Assembly: GCA_021432655.1 (NCBI GenBank)
Contig: MU271181.1
Coordinates: 263,189 to 309,835 of the forward strand
Direction of reading: 5' to 3'
Length of the DNA stretch: 46,647 nt
Origin: Atractiella rhizophila
Lineage: Eukaryota
Shown: one piece after another, positions 21,500-34,108 of the stretch
Position numbering within the stretch: position 1 is the stretch's first letter
How the letters are laid out: every line of letters starts with the position of its first letter
Notes under the pieces: generated by a model
Seen by the model: the letters and a program-made list of their open reading frames with translations, nothing else
What the model was told of the DNA's origin: nothing
Databases searched by the model: none
Program-made: the position numbers and the translations under genes

Positions 21500-23450
21500 T
21501 GCATGAGCCTTCCCAAGCTTGAGCTTTCAGGACCAGGATTTGCCGGTACAACAGAGGAGTGGGTGAGAGCAAAGTTGAAGGAACTACAAAAGCTAATGGC
21601 TAACGCATCCAGTGTCGAATCTTCAGTAGGGAGTTGGCCTTCAGTTGTGGGTGGAGAAGAGTTGGTCAGAGACCTGTTGGCTTCTGGAATGAGCTGGATA
21701 CTTTTTGTTGCAGTGTATGACAGATTGGGAGCAAGTGACTCCAGAAGCCATCATTGGGGAAAGGATGGCTCTAGTCATACAGTTTTCAACACTAGGGGAT
21801 TCGCTTCATCCAGGATCCAAGGCGTTGACAAGCTTCTGTGACGCTCATCCGCTTGTCTACCCTTTGTCTACATAGCCGATAGAGGAAGTCGTAACCTGTA
21901 CATCACTTCAACACAATGCAGCAATGTATCCATGAGATCTGTCATACATTCACGAGAAGTACTCTTGGGCAAATCCTTGCACTTGGGAACACACCACTCA
22001 AGACGTGTGGCGAGAGGGACTTCCGAGTTTTCAGGGTCGAAAGGAAGGGCATTGATCATACAGGAGAGGATGATGAGGCCTAGATCCCATGCGTCACATT
22101 TATCGGTATAATCACCAAATTATTTCACGATGACCTCTGGAGCCGACCTTTACCGATCCATTATCAGCAATGGGCTCAAAAAAGGGAGGAAGGAGAGGCG
22201 TACCAAGTAGGTGTTTCACGAGTCATCCACAACTCACTTTGCTGGACCATCTTCCCAAGCCAAAGTCTGCAATCTTCATGACAGGGTTCATCCCATGAGT
22301 AATGAGGTGTTATCAGGCTTAAGATCCCGATGAACAATCTTTTTGGCATGAAAGGCAACGATGGCTGGGAAGAGCATCATAGCAATCTTCCTCGCTTCTT
22401 CCTCCGATAAACCCCCACGTTTTGAGACGTAAGTAAGGAGGTCTCCACCATCGATGTACTCGAGGACTAGACAAAGGTCATTGTCGTCTCCAAAGCATGC
22501 GATAAGCTTGACACCGTTTGGATGGTTAATCCCGTTTAGGACCGTCAGCTCTTTCTCAAACATTCCTTTGTTCGCTTCAGACTTCAGTCTCGACTTCTGT
22601 ATGTGCTTCATGGCTCGTGTAATGCTCGTCCTACGCTCGATCACGCGACATACCTTCACAAAAGAGCTCCTGTCACAATGAAAGTAAATGTGAGACAACA
22701 TTGCGAGAAAGGGCTAGAAAGAGAGCTGCGGAAATTCTGAGAGCCTCAATGAAATCATACTTCCTCCGAACACCTCCGCAGAATGCGAAAGGATCCTGAG
22801 CGAGGGGTTTATTCGGGTCTTGCCAATGAAAACCTACATCATAAATGGTCAATACCTGCAGCAACTGGGAAAGAAAGGGGTCCACCAAGTCCTGAATCCG
22901 AGTGGCTTCCCACTTTAACCTATGTGCTCATCAGCAAAAGTCATCCGTACAATAATAACATGCACCATATCTCCATGCTTGAGTATCGTAAGTATTCCTT
23001 TCCCGACTTTCTTCCCTCTTATATAGGTCCCATTCATCAACGTATCCTTCAACTAAACGTCCTGTAGATTGGGATCTCTCCAAATCTCGCAATGGATATT
23101 AGAAATAATCTTCGCGTCCAAGCGAAGGTGATTCTTTCTCGCTCTTCCAATAGTAAGGATTACTTCCGGAGGCTGGTTGAAAGGGATGGGGCAAAGAGAA
23201 GCACTGGTGGGCATCATCCTATCCGCCATATCACAAGCACCGCCTGAGTAAAGGCACTTGGAGAACTAAGCTGGATTGACGGCACACACTCCCCAACACC
23301 CTATTAATGCCTTCCAATGTTAGCTGTCTGTCGTGTTAAGGGAAGAAAGGTGAGCAAACATGGACCTGGAGGTAAAGGCTTCAGATAGCCCATGATCGCA
23401 TCTTCATCCCTCTGCATCGCCGGTTGAGCCACCTCAAGCTCTTCCTGCAT
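21500..23450 (-). pseudogene. FHA-domain Ser/Thr kinase (Chk2/Rad53/Cds1-like) pseudogene
   Basis: FHA at ~22960-23170: LTIGRARKNHLRLDAKIISNIHCEIW..V*LKDTLMNGTYIRGKKVGKG..LKHGD (in-frame TAG). Kinase RAMKHIQK..EKELTVL..LVLEYIDGGDL..HRDLKPDN..KIADFGL carries two 1-nt deletions and a degenerate Gly loop. Outer limits approximate. Confidence 0.85.
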
Positions 23451-23541
23451 CGAAGGTATCTCCGTGAGCGAAAAATTATCTGTCCCATTCAACAAATAGT
23501 TGAGCAAACGTAAGCTTGACAAGTGTGTCAATGCCCTCGTC

Positions 23542-23676
23542 CGTCGCCCCAAGGGGTCAGAGTTGGTCGGCGATAAAACTGGTGACCAGTTTTGACCTAG
23601 CTGCAAATGTTCTCGAGATTGCAAAACCATTTTTCATTTTCCGCTTGTGGCAAACCCCTGGGGCGACGAGTCTGCC
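23542..23676 (+). repeat. Multi-hairpin dispersed element, copy 3 (shortened hairpins)
   Basis: CGTCGCCCCAAGGGGT...ACCCCTGGGGCGACGAGTCTGCC with AAAACTGGT-G-ACCAGTTTT. The third hairpin is reduced to CCGC-TT-GTGG. Confidence 0.9.
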
Positions 23677-23679
23677 CAC

Positions 23680-24500
23680 TCGTCCACCTCGTCAAAGACA
23701 ACCTTCAAGAACTAGACATGGACGGGAGTACTGGAGGCATCCCAAGGCACTATGACAAGGAAGATCAACTGGTCGCTCCGATCCTACCAAGTTTGACAAC
23801 GCTTAAGCTCACCAGCGCTTTCTTAGGGAACCTGATTGATTCTTTTCCACACCTCCGTCTCTCATTACGGTTGGTGCGATTGAAGCTAAAAAAGGTTCCA
23901 ATAATGGCGGCCGCACAAGATGCCCAAGCTCAAGAGTTCCAATGTCACTTTCGGCATTTGCAGAGATTGACCCTGCGTAGTGAAACTAAAGAGCTGACAG
24001 TCAAGCTCATGCGACCTTTGTTCGACCACATCTTGCATCCCCACACCCTCAGGCGACCGGACACGGAATTGACCGCATTTGTGTCTGCAGCAGAGCGAAG
24101 TCTTTCCTCCAGATCTCGCGACCTCGAATTCTCGACATTTTCCTTGAGAGTTCCTTCGAGACTTTGGACTTTCTCCTCACATCAGGTCACACAATTCCTG
24201 GAATCTAAGACATCGCCTCTCAGGCAGTTTCTTTAAACCTAATTCACGCTGGGGTGATTGTATTTTTCATTCTTCATCTTTCAGCAATGGTTTGTGTGCT
24301 ACTAAAAGTCTCGAGTTCCGATTTCGTGTTGCTTCGAGCTGGCGGCACTACAGCTCTTATGTAACTAACTATATCTACGTTGGCGACGGAGGATATACAC
24401 CGTTTATTACATTTCTTTCCACTGCAACTTGGATGGATCACCTGGCAAACCTCAGGTTTCAACATCTGTCTCATGGAGTTCCAACCATTGACTTAAACTG
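23680..24500 (+). pseudogene. Leucine-rich-repeat (F-box/RNI-like) gene fragment
   Basis: NLQELDM..LPSLTTLKL..LVRLKL..FRHLQRLTL..PLRQFL periodicity. Begins directly at the edge of element copy 3 without a recognisable N-terminus and contains stops. Confidence 0.5.
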
Positions 24501-25139
24501 ACAACAATGATCCAACTACGAAAGCTTGACGGAGCGACTTGGGACAAGATTTGAGGTTACAGGATTGGAGTTCTTCAAGGCGAATGGGACAGATCATGAT
24601 ACTGAATGATCATGACGAGTGACCCATGGTCAACATCTAATATGGTCGAATATTCTGGGAAAATGCTATGTAACAATATGTGACCTCTGCAAATAGGAAG
24701 GTCCAGAAAGATCAGTTTTATTCCCTCCGTCCGTTATCAGAAATGCTTCTGGGTCAAGATCTGAAAGAGATGTAAAATTGCTATAAAGGCATGCGAAAGA
24801 ACAATGGGACGACAAGAAAGAACGTCAATAAAGGGACGACCACTTCATATAACATCTGGCTCAAAAGCAGTCTTGTCGCCTTCCCACGGGAACTGATTGC
24901 TGAGATCTTCTCAAGTTTGCAACGTTTATGTTGTTGCATTCGCTCTCCTTCCTAATATAATGCTGTTCATCCCCACATGGTACATTGAATTATGAAGTGA
25001 CAGGCTGCATCAAAATCAAAGTGCATGAAGGAGACGGTATCAGACAGACAGATGATCTGGGAGGGATGCAGGCAGGTGGATGGGATATTGAGTGAAGTGT
25101 GTTTTTTTTTGCTGCTCTCAGTCTTCCACTAATGACTTT

Positions 25140-25830
25140 CAGTGATGTCACTTTGGAAATGCTGCCTCAAACCCGGAACCCGATTGTAAATCCTCTGAAA
25201 CCTGCAGCGACTGCAATTCACCGACGCCAGAGGATGTGAAGGCAGAAAAGTTGTCTTTACTGAAGGAAGCACGTGAAGCAGATGATGCAGCCGAAACGAA
25301 ACGGCCCGTTTGGCTTGAGCTCGGCTGTTTTGGCTCTTGACAATTCCGAGGGGGCAACAATTCAATTGTGAAGTGAGAATCACCTTGTGGGCACACTGCG
25401 ATAAAGGAGCAATACATTATAAGATAAAAGGTGAAGCCGAAGGAGAGGGGATAGAGGTGGATGCGCGACAGGGGTTACTGTGGGAGCGACAGGTGTGTTT
25501 GTTTCAGTTGTTCGAAGCGCGAAGTAAGTTGATGTTAGTGTCGAGCTAGCACATCAGTCTTTCAGGACTCGCTATCGTGACGCTTGAGAACAAAGCCTTT
25601 TTCAGTGACGCCACCCTCAGTCTTTGACATGACGACACCACAGAACCTTCAGATACGGGCTCAGAGTATACACCTCCGCTGCATTGGTCAGAAGCAATCC
25701 CTCCCCATGGCGAATACACACGCACAGTGCCTTTGCCCACTGTTGTGTGTGTTGAGCGCAGCATCATGTATGAAAGAAGGAAACCAGAGACGGCGCACCA
25801 GGGGAGACTCGCGCACGGCGAGGTACGTTT
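25140..25830 (+). pseudogene. Degenerate spliced gene fragment, unknown product
   Basis: Protein-like frames (..LTIPRGQQFNCEVRITLWAHCDKGAIHYKIKGEAE..; ..PPHGEYTRTVPLPTVV..) interrupted by stops and GT-AG introns. Confidence 0.3.
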
Positions 25831-26259
25831 CCCTTTCCTTGAACCCAAAAAGCTTGACATTAGTACTGGACCAGAAGCTTGTTCTTCATGAGGCTGAGAC
25901 TGTGGCATTCAAAATATTGACTCTACGTTCGTCTGGTCTCCTTGCTTTAACCGTGCTGTTCACAGCGCAGGAAATTTTGACAAGTGCATGCCTGATTAGT
26001 TGAAGTTTAACGAAGAAGAGAGAAAGCGGAAGCTCGCAATGGAGCAGGAGGAGGCAAAGTTTCAGTGTGTTATGCAACACCAGAACCACCGTGTAAGTAT
26101 TCCATCTCATTTCATCAGAGCATTTGAATCACATGATATTACATCGATACGCTCTGCGTACAAATACATCTGGTTTCCAGTTTCTCCCTTTCCATGACTT
26201 TCCACTTTATGTAGCGACAACCCAGCTATGCTATTGGAAGGCTATGATAAATATGATGG

Positions 26260-28258
26260 TTAGAGCGATAATGCAGGACAATGGTTGGACCAACCAGAAA
26301 GCCGATTCCTCCTTGAGGTTGCTTCACCTAGTCCCAGACAGACTTTTGCCTTCTCCTCCTCAAAGTTCATCTCCGTCTCATGCCCCGAAACTCACGCATG
26401 TGAAAAGTCGATGAGATAGTCTTTCTGCGATCCGAAATAGAAGTTTTGAATTCGAATATCGCCGTGAAGCACCCCCTTTTCATGCACCCTCTTCAGCGCC
26501 ACAAAGGCTTTTTGTCTAGTCACCACACATCAAATATAGCTCCATAGCCTAGCACAATCCTACCTCGCTTCCAGCTGCACCACGTTGATGTCCTCCTTGA
26601 ATTCTCCTGCCAGTATTTCCATCACAATGATCCCAAATCTCTCCTCCCTCCCAAATCTTTCCTCCACTCCTTCAAAGCTGCCATAAACTTTAGGAATGTA
26701 CTCTCCCTGCAGACCGGAAAGCCGCTCATACACCTCTACTTCTCGTCGAACATAGTCCATATTAGTTTGACTAGGATGTTCCATCTTTCGCGAACCGTCA
26801 AAGTACTTAACGGCCACCTTTCTTTTCCCCCAGATAGCCTTGAAAACCGTCGCGAATGCTCCGGAGCCTAGTTCGTCTGTGATTTCCAATAATTCCTCAC
26901 AGCGCTCAGACTAGAGAAATACATCAGTGTAAAGAACTGTTGATTCCAAGGGTCGAAAGGAATGAATTACAATGAAGTTATAATGGGCTTTTTATACCTT
27001 AAGGAACTCGGTAAAATGAGAGAAACGGCAAAGGGGAAAGAAAACTAGAGCCACAATGACAGTGGCACGAATGCAGCTTAAAACGGTACCAAACTCTGAC
27101 AAGAACCTGACGGGACAGTGACGAACTGGTGTCCCGATTGCGTAAACTGGGTGACGCTTAGAGTTGAGGACAGACTTGGTAAACACCACATCCAAATCCG
27201 GCTAAATTGTGGTTGACGACTGTGTAGCACAATTAGACCACTTACTCGTGTCCCTGCTCCTTGGTTGGCTATCGTGCCTTTCTTCCCATCATGATTGCGA
27301 GCCGGAAGGGTGGTTATAGAAGATCCAGTCTGCGTTACTGACTGAGACACTTGAGTGGGGGAGGAAGGGTGATGGGAGACTAGAGGAAGATCCAAATTGT
27401 CCAAACACATCCCAACCATCGTCTTGATAACTCAATGCCCAACGACATCATACTGGTCGGAACACAATAGATAAAATCCATTGGGCGTAATGACTCGTTG
27501 GAAAAACAGGAAGGATTTCCCCCCGAAGAGTAGGCCGAAAGGCGCACCGTTTATAGCCATCTTTTTCCCGAGCTTGCAGATAATGAGGAAGTGGCAGAAG
27601 GATGGAATTAACATACTTTAGTGACTATAGAACGTGCTCCTTCTTCTGTTCCATCACCAGCAGAGTACAAATCAGTCCCGGCTCCGTTTTCATTCTTTCC
27701 CATGGCGACAATCTCATCCCCCAAGGTAGCTGAGACGGTGATACCTTTGAGCTCGATTTGGATTTTTGTGGTCTGGTTCAGCATGAGCCTTCCGTCACTC
27801 CGGGTACCGAGGCTGGTGGGATTGCGTTCAAGGTGCAGAACAAGGAAGGTTGCATCTTTGTATGCCGCATTTACAGCGTCAACCTAAGAGGTGAACGCAT
27901 GTGTATTAGCGATTGTTTCGTCCCTAATAGGCTTATTAGCGATATCGTCTAGATAGACAGATAATTTAATTTTCAGCTGATCCGATGCCTGTTTAGAGCC
28001 CAAAATTGTGTCAGCTGCTTGGCAGACAGTCTCAAGGAAGTTTGCTTGATAGCGGATGTGGTAGGGTCTATGGATGGCATAGGTTGACCTGAAGTTTTCA
28101 GGGCTAGTGGAGCGCGTTGGATCGATTACAGTCCGAAGTTCCGTACCGACAGGAAGTATCGCGTCGTCGAGCAGATTGACAATGGTGATAGACATTTCCA
28201 ATCTGAGTCCAGTTTCCAGTTTCTTCGATGAATTGTCACTCGCTTCATGGACATTCAT
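26260..28258 (-). pseudogene. PD-(D/E)xK nuclease + protein-kinase fusion gene, inactivated by in-frame stops
   Basis: TRSDGRLML..IQIELKG nuclease motif. Kinase LGSGAFATVF..VAVK..RREVEVYERL..IPKVYG..IIVMEI..HEKGVLHGDIRIQN..LIDFSHA. Introns splice in frame. Stops TAG 27884, TGA 27432, TAA 26992, TGA 26392. Confidence 0.8.
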
Positions 28259-28343
28259 ACCAAGCCCTAACCCTATTGACCGTTCTCACTTTGTTCTTGA
28301 AACTACAAATTCAGCTTTCCCTGGCACTTTTCCGTGGTTTTCG

Positions 28344-28353
28344 TTTATATAAA
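28344..28353. promoter_or_regulatory. Palindromic TATA-like box in a divergent promoter
   Basis: TTTATATAAA gives TATATAAA on both strands, between the ATGs at 28258/28195 (-) and 28514 (+). Confidence 0.4.
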
Positions 28354-28451
28354 GACTCTATTGTAGCGAAATTCTACGGATTTCTTTTTTTCTGGAGCTG
28401 TCCGTCTAAGGTATTGGTGGGTTGGTGGCAGCCGGCACAACAGGACACGTC

Positions 28452-28471
28452 GGCGCCCTCTAGGGGTTTGC
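28452..28471 (-). repeat. Terminal fragment of the multi-hairpin element
   Basis: Reverse complement GCAAACCCCTAGAGGGCGCC versus element end GCAAACCCCTGGGGGCGAC. Confidence 0.5.
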
Positions 28472-28513
28472 ACTTGCTCGAAGGATGCCAATCTGCCGTT
28501 TGCGTATGGAACA

Positions 28514-30926
28514 ATGTCAGCTCGCGAAGAAGCCTACGAGTTACTTTTTCAAATACTGCAGCCTGGTGATGAAAATCTTCTCGTAGGAGAAACTTCTGCT
28601 GTTGAATTTCCTTCCAACAAAACAGTGGCATCGTTGAAGAATGCCATTCGAGGGGAGTTTTGTGAAATTCTGGGTAGAGGAGAGTTTAGTTTGTGGAAGC
28701 TGGACCCAAAGCTATCAGACAAGGAGGAAGATCTGAAGACTATCAAGTTCCCCTGCGAAGGATTGGAAAAATTCGACCTAAAGTTGCTGCTCTCGGAGCA
28801 CTGGCCAAACCCCCCCCCGTCTGGACATCTACATTTTCTGATCGAGTTACTCCCACCCCCAACGTTAGGTATGGAAGCCATTCCATCAATTGCTCCATCT
28901 GATTTGTTTGTTAGACTGGCACCGTCACGACTTACTGGATCATTACCAATCCCTGGCGAGCTTCGTGACGCGCGAGGCTGGATCATTCAAACCCTTTGAT
29001 ATCGTCGCAGAAAACAAGATCCTTGAGGTAAACAACTCCGAAGACCACGACATCGTAGAGGCTTTCCGCTTAGTGAAGGTCAAGTTGGGACGACTATTCC
29101 ATAACCCTCTGAACCCTGACGCGGTTACGAACGCCGTCGCTACATCGCTGCAAAACAATTTTTTCGTAAGAAGGCCGCCGAATCAAGACCGAAAAGCTTC
29201 AGCAGCAGAGCTTCTTCATTACCATCAGGCTGCTACTTTACCTCCAAATCTGAATCGATTTTTGGATAAAAAGGAGACCTACTTTAATTGGACCTACATG
29301 ATGCCTGTCGCGAGAGAGCTCTCCCAACGCCGACATGGATCACAGGAGGTGTCCGATTTCATTGCGTCCGTAAACATACCTTGTCGTTGATTTATGTTGC
29401 TGCTGATATGCCGTATTGTTCAGGAATAAAAACTGGTCGATTCATCTTTATCCTTACACCCCTAACGTCCCCGCCACCGCTGACTCGCCGGCAATTCCCA
29501 GGAAACAATACAAATACAAGCCTCGTAGCGACTTTCAGATTCTACGACATGGGATCCCTCAAGTTCTCGTTGAAGTACAATCTGCCGACAACTCGGAACA
29601 AGATCGTTATCGAATGTTGCTGCAAGCTGGAGCTGTCGTTAGGGTTGTGCACCATGCGATTGGAAGAGATGTAGCGAATCTCCACGTTCTTATTGCCTAC
29701 TATATCAACAACGCGTTGGAGGCGATACAGTACTTATTGTGTATTGACTCAGATTTGGTGCGTAGATCTTCGTGGCATTTACCATATCAACTCTGACATT
29801 TTATAGGAAACCGTGAAATACTCCGAGTACAAGTTTGATCTGTGCAAGCCAGAAGAAGCCATCCAGTTTCTGCTTGAGCTATACAACTGCCCAGATGTGA
29901 TCGATTCGAACGATGGCAAGATCAAACCTAAGGCAATGAAAATCAAAGATAGCTTGGGTAAGGATGACTTCCCGTCATTCATCGGCGCCTCGACTTCGAA
30001 TAAGAAACGCAAAACCACTCATGGAGGGGATGGAAACGAGAGAAGCGATGGCGGACTACTTGCGGTTCCTCATGCGGAAGCAAACCTCCGTAAATTGGGA
30101 TATCAGCTGGAGTCCCGTCGAACTAAAACTGCATGGAGTCTGTTGGGAGATGTGCGTATTTACGTCTTTTGATCGCTGTGCTGATGAGTGTAACCAGACG
30201 TTGACGCCCTCCGTTGTGGCTGCCACTGCCCGCGATGGCGCACAGGTGATGATCAAACGAGCATGGAGCGCCAGGGAAGCTCATATCCATCAGCTCCTCG
30301 CCGGTATATCCGATGCCAAGAATCACACAATGGACGTTCGTGAGGTCTTGCGATACCAGGACTCCTCACTGCTTGTACTTCCCCGTGGGACACCTCTCCC
30401 TTCTTTATGTCTGAATCAGTCTCTGGCACTATCTTTGGCGCAACAACTTGTGGACGGCGTGGGATTCATGCATGCTCGCGGGCTTGTTCACCTGGATCTC
30501 AAGCCCAATAACCTCGTCGCCATCTCTAATGTCCTTAAGATCATTGATTTCGGATTGTCTCGCAAAGTCGGCGACGACACAATCTTGAAAGGATACAGAG
30601 GGACTCAATCTTGGGTGGCTCCTGAACTTGGAACAAAGGACGGACCACAGCGAGGATTTCGCCCCATCCCCGCTGATCTCTGGGCTGTTGGTCTCATCAT
30701 TTCTCGTTTCTTTGGCCCATCCCTTCCTCCCGGCCACTATCTTTTTAATCTTGCGGCTCGGTTAACGTCAACGGACCCTCAATCAAGACCACGACTGGAC
30801 AAATTTAATTGGGGACCAAGGAAAAGAGCTTTGGACTCAGCCGAGCTTGGACGTAATAATTTGGGTATGCAAAGTGAAGTAGTTGAAAGTGAAAGTGCTA
30901 AACGTAGGCATCTCATTCGTTGTTAA
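28514..30926 (+). CDS. Second CRN-like ubiquitin-like + nuclease + kinase protein, ~732 aa, intact
   Basis: Exons 28514-28868, 28915-29350, 29424-29757, 29807-30151, 30198-30926 splice in frame, with the same four intron positions and phases as 962-3365. Motifs LWKLDP..LHFLI, PRSDF..LVEVQS..DRYRMLLQ, HLDLKPNN, DFG, WVAPE. Confidence 0.85.
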
Positions 30927-31300
30927 ATTGGTCATGTGCAAGTTGTGTGGTAGCATAGCACAAGAAGTGGTAGTCCGGAATAACATGTATGAATACCAGT
31001 CTTCTCAACCCCTCTTATATAAAACAAAAGATGCAGTTTACATTGCACAGAGCACACAAACCTCCTTGCACATGGCTCCCTACACACTTTCACACCTTTG
31101 TGCTGGCAATCACGAATCAATTGATCACTTACACTTCCTCATACTCACTACTCACTGGTTCGTCACATCCATCGACGGCTGTGAATTCTCCAGTCGGAGC
31201 AGCATACGGGTCCTATTTGAAGAAAGAGGTGCTGGATATACGTGATGATACAATTTCAAAGGCAAGGGCGTGGTGATGAGTGCAAGGTAGTAAGAATGGG

Positions 31301-31385
31301 GGCAAACTCGTCGCGTCGAGGGTTTTGCGCTCAATTTCGGTGAAATTTGCGCCGCATCCCCCTGCAAACACAAAAGTGGTCGACC
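31301..31385 (-). repeat. Shortened diverged copy of the multi-hairpin element
   Basis: Reverse complement GGTCGACCACTTTTG...GCAAATTTCACCGAAATTGAGCGCAAAACC...GCGACGAGTTTGCC. Confidence 0.75.
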
Positions 31386-32553
31386 TCGAATATTCTTGAA
31401 TGCAAAAATGCAGTAATGATTAACAATTCATAATGAAGATAATTTAGACTGATCCAGTGTCTATGAAAAGGAATGAGTCTGTCTCTGAAGCAAAAGAAAA
31501 ACAAAATAAAAGATATAGGGATGTGGAAACTTGAAATGTAATCGCACCTTCCGACATGAATACCCAATATGTTTTCCGTTAAGTCACTTGAACGTAACGC
31601 ATGTGATTCTGTTGTTGCCATGTATAACATGTAATAACGATGAGTGAAAATTGAAAAGGGGGAGCAAAAAATATTCACCTTTATTGCTCCACCATTATCC
31701 ATCAAATTTCAGCAGTGAGTAGGATGAGTGCAAGATCTGAGAGCCAGCTACAACGACGTATAATTCGTAATAAGAATGAGCTAATATTTAAAAAACGCGG
31801 AGGAAAAAGTATGCACCTCATCTATGTCAAAAAATGCAATTTCCCGTTGCTTCGTCATTATCCACACGTATTTTAGACGTGAGTAGCGCGTACCTGGCAA
31901 ACTCGATCATCATTGAAACGTATAGGGACCACGTACTCACCGATATACGTGACATTGCTTTGAAGGATATTGCTTCAAGTGCACATGGATGCAGGCAGTG
32001 GTTTTGAGATTATCAGGATGGAGAGACACACCTGCACAAGGCGACGTGCCAGGAAATATGGGAGGCCTGCAGGTTCTACCTTGGGGAGTCCAACGATTAT
32101 CAGGAGCATCAAAGGTTTTCTTGACCCTTCCTCAGTCAGGGAGGTGGATTTATGGAAGAGCCTTAGGGTTAGGGATGAAGGTGGAACCAATATCAAGAAA
32201 CCATCAGAGTCAAACAAAGTAGGACTCCAAAGCAAACTACAGATGAAACACTCATAGTGTCGGGTTTGAGCTGATGGAACTCAACACACTAACTCCATTC
32301 TCCATTCCCCAGCCAAATTTGACTGACAGAACAGGTCTATCATAAAGGAATAATAGTAGTAATAATGGCAAGATACTGGCATTTGAATGTCAAGCCCTCT
32401 GTCTTCAACATACATATGCTTTAACCAAAGATGCTTGAACTGATGTGAATCCTGATTATTTCAAAACTTGAGGATCAGATGTACCAATGAGCACTGATAA
32501 AATTGTTCCTGCCTTGGGGGCTTTGTTCATCACTGCTTGCTTACAAGCTACGA

Positions 32554-32594
32554 CACCCGTGTGCGGTGATCGTACCACACTAGATACTTCCCAC
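32554..32594 (+). repeat. Fragment matching the 3' end of the family B LTR-like repeat
   Basis: ACACCCGTGTGCGGTGATCGTACCACACTAGATACTTCCCACA versus the reverse complement of 16034-16075. Confidence 0.7.
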
Positions 32595-33238
32595 AAGCAT
32601 CATTCCAGTGTGAGTGAGATCCCCAACAGAAAGGTCCAGGGATCCTGAACGGTAGCGAGACCAGATATTGGTATGATGGAATGATGCCACTGTAACAAGC
32701 AGTCTCTGAATGGGCTTTTTGGGTCATTGCAAGGCTATTTGCGTGTACTCTGTCGTTGTGCGGATTGGAAGGTTTAGAGGCTCGTAGGCGACTAGGCGAT
32801 ATGCCGTCATCCTAGGGGCGTGATACACATGGGTAACAGTAATGATGCCCAAGAAGCTGAGCTATAAGTTTGCAAAAGCGACAACTGCACTTGCTTTGAT
32901 GACCTGTGCAGCCGTTAGCTTTTGCACAGCCACTGAGTTTCTTCTTACCCGATCAGTGCACACACAAACGCCTGCTTTTCGGGTTCGAGTTCGTGCTCCT
33001 GTACATAAGTTCGATTTCAATTTGTTGTATTTCTATCTCCAGATTCCTCATGTAAAGTCACTCTGTGAGACGAGGAAACAGCAGGGAGAGATCTTCGATA
33101 TCATGAACAAAACGTCAAGGACGATTATCCGTTGGAGAAAGGTAACGAGAGGAACAATTTATTCGATTGGTTGTTGGATTCGGTACAGAACAAGACTCGC
33201 GGACCAAAAAGAAGCGATAAGGGCCAGATTAGGTATTC

Positions 33239-34108
33239 TTAGAGCTGTGCCAACAACCCAAGTTAGCGTTAGTCCACATAGATTGCTTGAGGAGGAGGAA
33301 GAGGAAGGAGGACGCACGTTCTCGAGTTGGGCGACGACCTCCTCCAACTCCTTCTTCGAATCCAAATACTTCTGTTGGCTCTCTTCATACTTCTTCTCCC
33401 AGTTATCCCTCTCCGCTTCAATCCTTTGAACCTGTCTCTCAAAGTGTTCCGCCTTCACATCCACCTGTCTTAACCTAATCATCCATCACATCAATACCAT
33501 GTTCCAAGAGTTGAGATAGGAAAGGACGCACTTCTCAGTGGTCTCCCTCAAATTCTTCTCCGCATTGTCCAGCTCGCTCTCCAAAAGCGCGATCTTCCTC
33601 TGCAAGTTCTCATTCGTCGATTTATGAGTCTCCTCATCGTCCTTGGCCTGTTTAGCGTCCGAAAGCTTCGCTTCAGCTTTATCGAGGTCGGTTTCGAGGT
33701 TGGAGACTTTGTGTTGGAGCGAAACGATCTCTTGATCCTTCTGCATCAATTCCTACAACCACCATCCCATCCATCCCATCCCTTCACATCAGCTCAAATC
33801 CCATCATAACACCCGACTCCGACACAATGACAAATTGAGGGCAGGACGTACCTGATCTTGCTTCTTCACCTTCGACTCTGCATCCTCTGCGCGAGCCAGG
33901 TACCGATCCGCTTCTTCCCGGATCTCGTTCATTCTCTAACCAATTTCGTCCAGCACAACGAGCGCACCATCCAGTCCAATCAGTGTCTTTCTTCTTCCGA
34001 CGTGCTATCAGGAGACGTACAACTTTCAGCCTGTCCTGTTCCGATCAAAGCTCACAATCAGCCTTTCCTTGTACCAACCCATAGAAGGAGAGAACATACC
34101 AAAGCCAT
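33239..34108 (-). CDS. TPM1: Tropomyosin (fungal Tpm1/Cdc8 type), 163 aa
   Basis: Exons 34108-34100, 34035-34021, 33935-33852, 33752-33532, 33474-33318, 33244-33239 give MALDRLKVRMNEIREEAD..KDQEIVSLQHK..LLESELDNAEKNLRETTEKLRQVDVKAEHFERQV..ERDNWEKKYEE..KELEEVVAQLENL. Confidence 0.93.

Noticed and set aside
32554..32586. Hairpin followed by CTAG, suggesting a Helitron 3' end
   Set aside because: Homology with the 16-kb copy continues past CTRG to an LTR-like ..CCAACA/CCCACA end, and the base after CTAG is not T.
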